From Phoronis australis (Eukaryota > Animalia > Phoronida): a stretch of 64,000 nucleotides of DNA. Below, in pieces: positions 27,901 through 37,582 of this stretch; position 1 is the first letter of the stretch, and each line of letters opens with the position of its first letter. The notes under the pieces are model-generated. The model made no database searches. It saw nothing but the letters and a program-made list of their open reading frames with translations, and was not told the DNA's origin. The stretch is from the NCBI GenBank assembly GCA_002633005.1, contig NMRA01000322.1, positions 248,001-312,000 on the forward strand, read 5' to 3'. A program made the translations under genes and the position numbers.

Positions 27901-30900
27901 CTTTCCAGCGATTTCTGGGCTTAATTCCAATTATTGTACATTACATTTTTCATAATAACATCGACAATAATACAAACAGTTTCTCTGACAACATGATGAA
28001 TAAGATGTAAAGTGCCAGAGTTTGTCAAGACACCTACCTCTCTGTGTCTGTGTTTTGCTCTGCGTCATACAGACAGAAAGGTTTGTCAATGGTTGTGCAC
28101 TCCTTCATGAACTCGATGGAACCGCCAGGGTCAGCAGAGATATCACAGATAGATAAAAGCCTATGGAAAAGATTACAGAGTTACTGAATAGAAGTAATTA
28201 AAAATGTTTATTACTTGAAATCAAATCAGTTTGCAGCATAAAGAATTCAAATGGCATTGTTTTACTAGCACAACACAATTTTCTGGTTATAGTTTTTTGC
28301 ACCTCACATAATTTGTTACGCAAACCCGCTACAAACCCGTCATTCTGTTGACAAAAAGCTTTTGATCAAGCCCTCTTAACACCACAAAATTAGTCTCACT
28401 CAGCCCAAAAGTGATTTTTGACCTTGCAAAGAACTGACAGTTCAAGACCATGCTCATTGAATAAAATGACACACCCTGACAAGTGAAATTGTAGAGCCCC
28501 ATCTCAAACCAACCGTCAGATGTCACATCTATCTCAACCAAAGAACAAATTAAATTGAGGTCAATTTCATAACAGTAAGTGATCTAAATAAAAAGTTGGT
28601 TTTTGTGACAGAAAGTGGGTCTGTAACAGTGGCTTTGTAATAAGTCTGAAGTGCTCAATTTTTCCAAATTGAAATGAATAAACCAAGAGACTTATTCAAT
28701 AAAAATCAACAATTAATGATTAAGCCAAACAGTGAGGTTAGCATTAGTAATTTATTTCTCAATGTAAATAGTACATGGTTCTTCAGTACACGCCAAAAGT
28801 ATTGACAAACAAAATGGCCCGGAATTCCCCGTCCTGGCAGCGAGTCAGAGGCCGAATTACTGGTCAGCTTAGCCTTCTTGCACGGTCGAGAATGAAGGGA
28901 ATTTACATAAAAGTTGGTAAAATGGCTAAGTCATTCAATCTGTGAATGGAAATTGGAGCCATGACACCTATTACTAGAAATTTTTGTCACGAAGAAATTG
29001 AACTGCCATGACAGGGAAATGTTACAATTATCTGGCTAGCTTTGTCTTGCCCTGCACTTGCAAGACTTTAGCAAAAACCTGTGGGGCAGATGAGGACATC
29101 CTTCACTGGAAGGTATCCATGGCTGGTTTTCAGGCTGTAGGAGGCGCTTGGCATCGGGAATTGAGATGAGACGAGGGTCCTCAAACTTGTAGAAGATTCC
29201 ATTCACTATCACAGACGCATAAGGGGCTATCTGGAAGTGGATACAAATAATGAGTATAGGGTATAGGACTATTTTACATACTTGTAACTTTGGCAGGATC
29301 ATACAAGCTAATGTCAGTAACCTTTCGAAAAGGACACATTACCTTTCACTAGGGGTCCGTTTCATGAAATTTTTTTGGTCTGATCTTGGACCAAAATTTG
29401 GCTAAATTAAGAAGAATCTATTTTAGCCCCCTCTCATGCAATTTCTTAAAGTCAAAATTAAGACCGAAATCTAGTCTAAGTAAATACCGAAAGTTAGACT
29501 CCCACAGAGTAGGCTTAAGACTGCATTTCATTTTAAGCAATCAAAATTTACTTACAACTGCCAACAGTGAAAGCTGTTGACAAACAAATTTTGTTGATAT
29601 TTTAATTGAAAAATATCCAAATTCAAGAACCATAGCAGTAGTCATACAGGAATTAAATAAATCCAATGCACATCTGAAGTGATGTTTTACAGTCACACCA
29701 GGGTCTTATAAAGTAAACAAGATCCAATAGCATCCAAAATGTAGATAAATCCCCCATAAGAGTTTCAAGACAAATATTGTATTAGAAACCACATTTCTCA
29801 CATTCAACACCTCGCAGAGTTTTATTTAATTCCACAACCGATGGCAAAAATCATTAGTTAGTATGCTCTCCTAATTGTGGTCTTATCTTAGCCTAAAATT
29901 CAGTTTTGACTGAAACAAATTTTTGGTCTTACGTGTTTTATCATGAAATGGGCTCAGTGTACTTTGAAACAGTGGAACTTTTAACACAAAAAAAAATTGA
30001 ATTTCATGACTTATGCCGATACAGCGCTGAAAATTCCACTTTGAATAGTTGAACTCGTAAATAAACTCCAATGATTTGTGCAATGACGTTAATGAACAAA
30101 ATGTAAAATGTGTTCACATACCCTTTGACTAAAAGTAGAAATGTATCTGTCAGGGTGCTGACCAAATTCTCCTTCGTCAAATGGACCGCCATACTTGTTC
30201 ACCAAGTGATCATGCTTGTCAATAACACATGCATAACACTTTGTGGAGGCTGGCAATGGAAAAAGGAGGCAAAATACAATGTACGGTGTAACAATGCCAT
30301 TAGTGGGTAATTCCACACTGTATTTGTCCCATCCGTTACCAGAAAAAATACCGAGTAATCGAGTATCTGTTCAATTGAGGAGGCAGTGTGGCCTGGTTGA
30401 TAAGTGCCCGCTTTCTTTACTCGAGGTCGTGGGTTCAAGTCCCACCATGTCACATTGCTAAACCCTTGAGCCAGGTTTCTAGCTCCTCAACTCGGTTTTA
30501 ATCATATATTAATAAAGCATAAAAATATTTTCAGGTGATCAGTGCAATGGGCCCACATGCGAGGCCTGCGCACGTCTGGTACAACGTGTATCAGACCACC
30601 TGCAATTATTTTATTTTTTTATATTTTATTATATCTGTTCAATTCGTTCGTCTACTCGACTCTACACTTTTTGTCCCTTTAAGATGAAGATATGACAGAC
30701 TCCACCTCTGTAAGATTTAGTGGAAATGAATTCCTCAAAATTTTAATGTGTAGTGGAAGTGACACATAATGTGAAACCACCGTGGCAACTGTGAAATTAC
30801 AATGACAATACGGCAATTCTTTATCTATTTAGCACACAATATGGCCGATAAGTGGACTAATAACTTATCAAAGTTCTCTGAAAACAAAGATTAAAAAAGT

Positions 30901-33900
30901 TCTATTTTATAATTGTTACTTAAGCATACTGAAAAGCTGTCACAAAACAACATACGGTGATAATAGCAAAATATTTGGACTGAAAATTGTGGCTATTATT
31001 TTTGACGTTAAATAAAAGAAGAATTACAGCTCGAATTATCATTTACATTAAGTGCTTATTCAATGATCTTAAGCACTTAATATGAAACGTTTAAAGTGCT
31101 TATGTCCAGACGAGCGTGCACTTGAAGACTGGGTACTGAATGTTCTACCTGCCTATGCATGACCATGATGAAAAGATTTGAACCAAGTTAATAACTGTAA
31201 CAATTAATAAATAAAAGTTGCATAAACAGGATATGCATTCAATAACTTAAAAACTTGATTCTAAACAAATCGCTACATCACAAAGGCATCAACCTTGGTT
31301 CACTCCACAAAGCTTGAGGCGTTTCCAAATCAAGAGTATGCATATCACCGACATGTGACCACAGCAAAGTACTGCAACATTACACCATATGATGACCAGC
31401 TACAGCACAGTACTGCATCACTACACCTCAAGGGGACCAGCTACAGCATACAGTACTGTATCATTACACCACACAAAAAACAACTACAGCAAAGTACAGC
31501 ACAATTACAGCACATGGAGACGAGAGATAGCATAATACTGCACCACATGGAGACTAGATATAGCCTAATACTGCACCACTGCACCACATGGAGACCAGCT
31601 ACAGCAAAGTACTGCACTATGACATCACACGAGATCAGTACAGTAAAGTTCACAACAGGGAGGCAAGAATTTCAAAGATGAGAAAAATTGTAAGGATCAC
31701 ACAGATACTCACATCCTTTTACAGCAACATTTGCTAACTGAGATGGTGGAATATACTCAAAGGGCAACTCTTGAAACACTTCTTGTGCTCCCTGAAAGAA
31801 CATTGTAGAATGTACGAATTTACAGTCTTAAGCAGCATTATTAAACTCATGCTTTCAGTCCAAAACTGTCCAACAGATATAGTGATCTGATCTCCCTCTT
31901 CTTCAGTTTAGAAATGATCTCTTGCCCCGGCAAGAACTGATTGTTTGGTATTACTTCAGACCAAGGTTAACAAGCTTAAGGTCATGTTTAAGCTCAGGTT
32001 CGAAAGTTCAAGATACTAGCGCATAATATTCGTCTATTAGGCATGACTGTAACCAGTTTCACTGCCAACATACCACGTAATGACACTAGCGTTATTTTGG
32101 AAGTGTAGAATGTCTGGGAACTGGAAAGCAGTTTCGGACAAGAGAACGTGGTTGATAAACACTTTAATTACGAGCATCATTTTACTGAAACTCAGCTATG
32201 AGAGCTCTGAGGTTTAACAAGTCTAGACCTCACTGCATGCAGAATTTATAGTGACCGGTCGCGACATTTAAAAATCCGCCGATAATATTTAGGAGTACCT
32301 CAACAAACTGTTATTATAGTTTGCTCTCACCTGTGAAACATTACCAGTTCCCGTAAACACAAATGTCAGAGGGCCCATTGACTGAGGGAGCATGCCCAGT
32401 GATATTTCATATCCAGCGTCTCTGATCGCTTGTCTCGCCATTTCTGAGTTACGGTAGTTGTGAGCTGGCCCTATGTGCTGCAAGACAACATTTGGTTCAG
32501 CTCATATACAGGTCACCACTCATAAAGTTCAGTTAGACAACCAGAAACTTGTTGATAATCCCAGTTGGGAGATAAAGTGATATCTTAATTCTAACAACTC
32601 ATGGCAGCAAACTCTGTGAAAATACAATTTTTTACCAATATATCACGTTTGTGCTTCACTAAGAAAAACTCAATGTTCCATACATTAAAAATACAACAAA
32701 ACCCATTAGTTACTACTACTTTGAAAATCTCACAAGATCTGCATAAGTAAGAATTATTAGTCGTTATACACGACATGTTGGTCACATAACGTGACCCATG
32801 GTTATGTCTGAAAAAATGTGTCACGACCAGGATTCGAACCTGAGGCTTTCTGCTATTTGTGTAGACGCTCCAGTCCACTGAGCTATCGAGACCGCTGGCC
32901 AATTACAGAAATAAAAATTCATTTAATATAAGGCACCTTACCCAAACTTGGGAGTGCTGCATATACGTGCTTACAGTAATCAAATGTGTAACAAACCTAT
33001 AATGCCAGGAAAAAACGTTTACTTTATATATTTATCCTTGTTTAACTTGTCTAAATTGGATCATAACTGAGATTAGAAAGGCTAGAGAAGACTTGACAGT
33101 TCACTATGTTGGCTTATTACAGTTCCATACTACATTGCTGAAGAGGCAGACTGGATGTTACAGGAATTACACGCATTGTCTTGCACTCAAATTCAATTCA
33201 AAGTGCAAGACGCAGTGTCTGCTTTGCAAGACCACACACGCCCAAGAGCAAAGTTCTTTTTTGACACGAGAACGTGGTTCATTGCATCTTTGACACTGCA
33301 AGTATGTTGTAAACATGCGCAATACTAAAGGAAAGAGCAATCAATGTAAACCATTCACATGTCCCCACTTGGTGTGTTCAGCAGCAAAGCTGGAGGGATT
33401 GCTCACCATTTTGAAAATGTCCACAAGATGGAGCAACACTACTGAAACCGAAATTGCTTAAGGTGGAAGAGTCAATCAAGCAGTCAACAAGAGCTATACT
33501 TTTGCTTACAAATCGATAGACACATTAAACAGTACAACTATGTTAAACTTCATAAACACAAATCGAACATTTTGGACAATAATTAAATTGCCATTATGGG
33601 CAAAAATAAATTGGACATTAAAAGAAATAAAATTTCCATTAAGGGTTGGTGCAATAAACAGTTTCACAGGACCAGCCATTACCACTATCATTATCTGTGG
33701 CTATACAAAACTAGACATGTGCTGTCCAGCCTTGGGAACATGTTTAGGATAAATTTCAAGATTAGTTCTATTGATCAATGTGATGGATACTGAACCAAAG
33801 TAAATTTGTCACTGGCACCCACAACTGCGGTACTCTGATCGATACATCAGCGACTCAATGTCAATCATTCTCTCTTCAACACCAACACATCTGTCACCTG

Positions 33901-35666
33901 ACTTGATGGGTAAAAAGACAGGCACAGTACAAGTCACATCCAACAAAATATGGGCAGGTTCCACCGCTTACTTTGACTTCATGGAAGTCCATCAAGCAAC
34001 TTGGTACATGACAGACAAAGGCATAAAAATAATTGCTACAAGCAAGTATAATATTAGTGAAATCCCTCTTAAAATCACATCAGTCATAATTTAATGAGAT
34101 GAACACGTGGAAAACCATCAAAGGTTTTAGGAAAAGCAACTGCAGATAAAGGCAGCCGCCCAGACATTCACTCAAACAGAGATAAGACTTAAGACGCTCA
34201 AAGAATTCAAATTTATGTGTGGGCAAATAAAAGTCTATGCTTGAGGTTAATTGTGCCCTCGAAACAGAATAATCCACTAAAAATATAATTCATTCTTGTT
34301 TACACAGATCCATCTATATCTAGCAGCCCCATACCATGAATGGCGTATGATGACCTAGTGCAAGAAGCCTGAGACCGAGTCCGTGAAGTGTGTTGATCAT
34401 ACCAGCTACGCCTGCGTACTTGCCAAAGGCAACTAATCGCATGCCGCCATCATCCACCATCTTCTCATAGTCGATGATACGAATATCCTAAAAAAGCATC
34501 CAATAGGATTAAATAAATGGGATGGATTGTCTTGCAAGAAAGTTCTCTGCTAATCACTCACTGAAATGCTATTCCTGAGTTGAATGCTCACACTTAAGTA
34601 CATGACACATGAAGTCATGACACCAACAAGTCTAGTTTCCAGTATTTAACACCTTTTCTTCTCTTGGGCAAAATGCACCTGATGTGGTCATTTGATACAG
34701 TTTAAAGAAATGTAATCAGTACCAATGAATAGTACATTTAATTTTCCACAGCACATCAATATTGAATTTCTACAAACATTGACAATTACCATCAATAGTT
34801 AGTGAGCTAGTTAACTTTGTCAATCAGTTCAGCATTTTTTGATAAAATGATTCATTTTGACACAACCATGCAGGTTATAATCCAATGGGTCATTTTTTCA
34901 ACCCTGCCAATCCCATACTCATTCAAAAACTGTTACAGAAGTCAAAACAAACACAAGTAACCTTCTCCAATATGGCGTCCAACAGAGGCATGTTAGCCTC
35001 CTGGGCTTTAATTGTGTGTGAGAAGAAGGCATAGGTCTTCTGTGGTATGAGAGAGTCGATGGGCACTTGCTTGACACCGAGAATTAATGAGGCCTCCCTC
35101 AGGTCTTCTTGTATGACGGCACCAACATCTGTATAAGCCTGCCAGGAAAATTATGGACTGAATGAATTTAGTGGCTAACGTGGAGTAATCAGTATAGCAA
35201 AGGAATTTTGGACATTAAATGGTACAAGTCTTACTTCCTGCTATGAGCACTTCAAAATACTCAAGAATACTTTCTGAGGAGATAAAGTAATGCAAGATGA
35301 TTAACAAATAAATATTGTCATAACATTGTATTAGTTGTGACTTAACACTGACTGCTAATGGATACTAAAACACAACTAGGATTCATATGGCTGTCTTGTT
35401 GCACACTAGAAAAAATGAGTGGCCAATATGCTATGATTCAATAATGTCATTACCTTCATTGGAAATGCTCTCCTATTGGATGGCTGAACCAGAACTTTGA
35501 CCCCGTCATTGACCAGTTGTTTGACTTGAGATGGAGCCAGTGCTGCTCGTCTCTCCCACACTGATTGGTCCTCACGACGAATGGCGATGACTGGTTGACT
35601 ACTGCTGGACAGTTGGCGCGCGCAGACAAGCTGCTGGTAAACCAAGAGGGTGCGTCGTTTCCACAT
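912..35666 (-). CDS. AASS: Alpha-aminoadipic semialdehyde synthase (bifunctional LKR/SDH), 22 coding exons, about 932 aa
   Basis: Coding exons in transcription order: 35666-35454, 35138-34962, 34487-34335, 32477-32331, 31791-31713, 30249-30122, 29230-29079, 28160-28038, 26818-26707, 21872-21813, 19447-19377, 18558-18428, 18124-17998, 17175-17065, 14409-14301, 13563-13487, 13182-12951, 12631-12536, 11700-11585, 10157-10066, 6960-6784, 1027-912. All introns are GT-AG with matching phases, and the total is 2799 nt. LKR motifs: [70 protein letters not shown] motifs: [52 protein letters not shown]. The protein ends [38 protein letters not shown]. The basic N-terminus MWKRRTLL resembles a mitochondrial presequence (inference). 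Confidence 0.97.
2220..2390. repeat. Minisatellite with 30-bp unit built from GGAT/CAAT motifs
   Basis: atagatggatgggcaatggatgtatgggca is repeated about 4 times; a similar tract lies at about 3590-3660. Confidence 0.9.
2722..3233. mobile_element. PIF/Harbinger-like MITE
   Basis: Imperfect TIRs ggccctttcatactaa and ttagtacaaaagggccc, flanked by TTA on both sides. A related partial copy lies at about 36797-37135. Confidence 0.7.
3695..3859. mobile_element. Short GC-rich MITE (CAGTGGCGGA-type termini, probably hAT-like)
   Basis: Termini cagtggcggat and ggatccgcccgtg; related to 4511-4667 and 37290-37582. Confidence 0.65.
4217..4333 (-). ncRNA. Divergent U6 snRNA-like sequence (variant gene or pseudogene)
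   Basis: The minus strand reads GAATACAGCTCTACGCTGTACTCATGCCATAATGGGAACAATACAGAGAAAGTTAGCGTGGCCCCTGATCGCAAGGATGACTTGCAAAATCGTGAAGCGTTCTAAATTAAATTTTTT. It contains the ACAGAGA box, AGC triad, ISL (GGCCCCTG..CAAGGATGAC), the 3' CGTGAAGCGTTC segment and a T-run, colinear with metazoan U6. Confidence 0.85.
4511..4667. mobile_element. Short GC-rich MITE, same family as 3695-3859
   Basis: Termini cagtggcagattta and gaatccgcccct; shares the gcgaatgtctgcc..atcctggcta..taactcaaaatc core. Confidence 0.65.
7084..7369 (-). repeat. tRNA-like repeat bounded by about 30-bp direct repeats
   Basis: tgtaaatatcatctttttcartgaggcgtg occurs at 7084 and 7339. The internal minus-strand tRNA-like core at about 7197-7270 has A box tggttcagtgg and B box ggttcgagtcc. 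A related core lies at about 32820-32900. Confidence 0.7.
8597..9808 (-). mobile_element. Helentron-associated non-autonomous element (HINE/DINE-1-like), copy A
   Basis: One end reads aacaaagcaacgcagagcgttggaatgcgcccac (stem-loop plus subterminal IR). The other end reads gacagacag..atatgtgggcgcat. Internal degenerate units of about 130-160 bp contain gccactaggggg and aaatttcatgaaaatcc. Confidence 0.75.
10435..10535. repeat. Short degenerate minisatellite (about 28-bp unit)
   Basis: acaatgactgtgagcagatatcaggca is repeated 3-4 times. Confidence 0.7.
11328..11552 (+). mobile_element. tRNA-derived SINE, same family as 30377
   Basis: tgtggccta..gggttcaagtcccactgg..ccttTgagtcaggt..ccaggtgatcagagcaatggg. 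Confidence 0.8.
13599..14150 (-). mobile_element. HINE-like element, truncated copy B
   Basis: Starts acaagagcaatgcagagcgttgaaatgcgccc and is colinear with 8597-9240. Confidence 0.72.
14563..15709 (-). mobile_element. Tc2/pogo-like (Tc1-mariner) non-autonomous TIR element with decayed HIRAN-like ORF, copy 1
   Basis: Flanked by TA with termini ccatattcgccc and cttattagggcgaatacgg. The interior is the reverse complement of 38835-40926 and 48137-49041. Confidence 0.8.
16394..16806. mobile_element. MITE with about 30-bp imperfect TIRs
   Basis: The left end ccttccacacacagacttatcctagaacaa matches the reverse complement of the right end, cctgtccatacacagacttacactagaacaa. Confidence 0.65.
18610..19100. 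repeat. Low-complexity (ATA)n and (CAC)n tract
   Basis: Visible directly; it explains the spurious His/Pro-rich ORFs at 18897-19113. Confidence 0.85.
20142..21451 (-). mobile_element. HINE-like element, copy C
   Basis: Both termini are present (aacaagaataacgcggagtattgaaatgcgcccac and atatgcagccacacataaataagtgggtgcataaaaa), with about 8-9 internal ccactag-containing units. Confidence 0.78.
21906..22085 (-). mobile_element. HINE-like terminal fragment D
   Basis: Contains gcaacacaggcgttgaaatgtgcccac plus the first internal unit, directly beside the acceptor of AASS exon 10. Confidence 0.65.
22532..23614 (-). mobile_element. HINE-like element, copy E (unrelated sequence at about 22640-22870)
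   Basis: Runs from aacaagagcaacgcagagcgttgaaatgcgcccac through a ggacggacggacagacaga microsatellite to the hairpin atgcgtccacatataaatatgtgggcgcat and an aaaaa tail. A more degenerate related segment follows at about 23690-24130. Confidence 0.8.
24159..24283. repeat. Tandem repeat, 32-bp unit, about 4 copies
   Basis: agttttgactatgaacagtccacaacactcac starts at 24159, 24191, 24223 and 24255. Confidence 0.95.
30377..30631 (+). mobile_element. tRNA-derived SINE with 13-bp target-site duplication
   Basis: A box tggcctggttg, B box ggttcaagtcc, 3' hairpin gtctggtacaacgtgtatcagac, T/A-rich tail. TSD tatctgttcaatt at 30364-30376 and 30632-30644. Confidence 0.85.
31350..31650. repeat. Degenerate minisatellite (about 30-40 bp units)
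   Basis: Recurring gaccagctacagca.agtactgca..attacaccacatgga motif. Confidence 0.75.
32790..32905 (-). repeat. tRNA-like repeat related to 7197-7280
   Basis: cgaccaggattcgaacctgaggctttctgcta..ccactgagctatcgagaccgctggcca aligns with cgaccgggactcgaacccaggaccttctgcta..ccactgaaccatcggaaccactggtca. Confidence 0.65.
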
Positions 35667-35739
35667 TGCTCTGAAACAAAAAAGAAGTGTCTTGACCACG
35701 TCTGGGTTCTGTTCGCAAATTTGGCCTTAATTGCCATCC

Positions 35740-36795
35740 ATATAATTTCTGCAAAATAATCAACTCTCGTAAATGACATTAAGGCAATGAAAAAGGCTTC
35801 GTTTAGGGTTGGCTTCGATGTTGTTAGCTTGTTTACGAATATTGCTGTAGACAGTACCATAAAAGTTTGCCTTGACAAACTTTTTGCTAATACTAACACT
35901 GTGTGTAATTTAACTAGACCACAACTTCAGAAATTGCTCAACATTGCAGTTAAAGAAAATTACATTATATTCAATGAGGAATACTTTAACCAATGTGACG
36001 GTTACTATGGAGAGTCCACTCAGCCCTAGCTGTACTACCTAATATCCGGATGGTCTATTTAGAAGAGCTAGCATTTAAAAACTGTCCTACTGATCTACCA
36101 TTGTATCACATAATGTTATTTTGATCACATTTTCCTACCTATTAGTCACCACAGTCAGGCTAAGCCATTTCTTGATTGGATGAACACCTTATTAACAGTA
36201 TTAGGTTTACCATGGAGCCAGAAGCAGAAAATTGCGTAAGTTTTCTCGATGTATTAATTCGCTGGCAAAATGACTAATTGCTATCTACATCAGTGTATAG
36301 AAAACCCACTTTCTCAGGTCTGTACCTCAAAAGGGATAGTTTTGTTCCCAAAAAGCAACAAACTGATCTAGTCAATAGACTGATTAATCGGGCCTTTAAG
36401 ATATGTAGCATTTCTGACTTGTTTGACCATGAAGAGGTTTTAAATTATCTCTTCTTTCAAAATGGATACCCAAAAATATTTATAAAATCTTGCACTGACA
36501 GGTTTTTACGCAACCAATCTAAAACACCTTCGGATGTTTGTCATGGGCCTGAATTAAAGAAAGGGGTATTTCTTAATCTTCCCTTTTCTGGGTAACAGTA
36601 GTAGTGTGGTGGACAGGCAGGACAAGAGAATGCTTGGAGCTACTGCTCCATGTTTGCAACTTGTAACTAATCTTTAAACTAACAATACCATTGAGTAATT
36701 CTCAAAGAAGTCATGTTGTGTATCAACTCAACTGTTATGAATGTGAACAGTTTTACATTGGAATGACAAGCAGGACTCTTAGAATCAGAGTCTTA
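35740..36795 (+). mobile_element. Decayed Penelope-like retroelement (RT plus GIY-YIG endonuclease fragments)
   Basis: Frameshifted RT motifs: FDVVSLFTNI, YIIFNEEYFNQCDG followed by an MG-SPLSP-like segment, FLDVLI, and TSVYRKPTFSGLYL. A GIY-YIG segment HVVYQLNCYECEQFYIGMTSRTLRIRV lies at about 36712-36792. Many stops and frameshifts are present. Confidence 0.88.
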
Positions 36796-36796
36796 A

Positions 36797-37135
36797 GGGC
36801 CTTTCATACCAATGTCCACTGGTCAATGGTTTGGGGAGTTGTGGTCAGTATGAAGGCTTAACTCTGGACCTGGATCAAAGTTAACAGCTCCATTTAACAT
36901 CGAACTTAATAGGTGGATTTAAAAGCGCAGCATCCATGCTGTGGTGCAATATGAAGAACTTTGGTCCAATCAGAGTTATCGTCAGGTGCCAATGTCATCG
37001 TCAACAATTACAATTAAGGTAGTGCTGTCACTAATAGATGCTTATATTTTGCTCTAATAATAACCAATCGATTTAAAAATAAGTTTAATGTCAATTAGCA
37101 CATGTAAATGTTCCCAACTTGTCACATTGAAAAGA
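36797..37135. mobile_element. Partial copy of the Harbinger-like MITE, abutting the Penelope fragment
   Basis: Starts gggcctttcatacc and is colinear with 2722-3075 (ggtcagtatgaa, aggtggattta, aaatgttc..ttgtcaca). Confidence 0.65.
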
Positions 37136-37289
37136 ATCTTACCGTGCAGCGCTGCCTTGCAGGAAAGTTGCGGCAAACTGGCGATTCAAAGTGTTTGCGG
37201 AAAGGCTGCTGCAAACTAATAGTCGATGAAAAAGTGTTTGCAGGATAGCTGCTGGAAACTTTTTTGATGAAAAGTGTTTGCAGGAAACT

Positions 37290-37582
37290 CATAGGCGGAT
37301 TTATATAGCCCCCCCCCTTGGCTGCTGCAAAAAAGTAAAACAGCACAGGATGGTTCACAAGGAAATATTAAGCTTATCATTAATGACTACCCCCGGTAAT
37401 TTAAATGTGGCTCCTGTTTTTTTTAGTCCTCCGTTTGTTTCTTGGTAAAAGATCCACTCCCTCAGAAATTTGAGCCCCCCCCATATTTTAGCCTGGATGC
37501 CCAAAAACCCGCATGTTTTAGGCAGGATGCCCGACGAGACACAGTGTTGGGCCCCCCTTATGGTATCCTAGATCCGCCACTG
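37290..37582. mobile_element. MITE with GGCGGAT...ATCCGCC termini
   Basis: Termini cataggcggattta and tagatccgccactg; it sits inside an aaaagtgtttgcagga-rich degenerate repeat. Confidence 0.55.
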
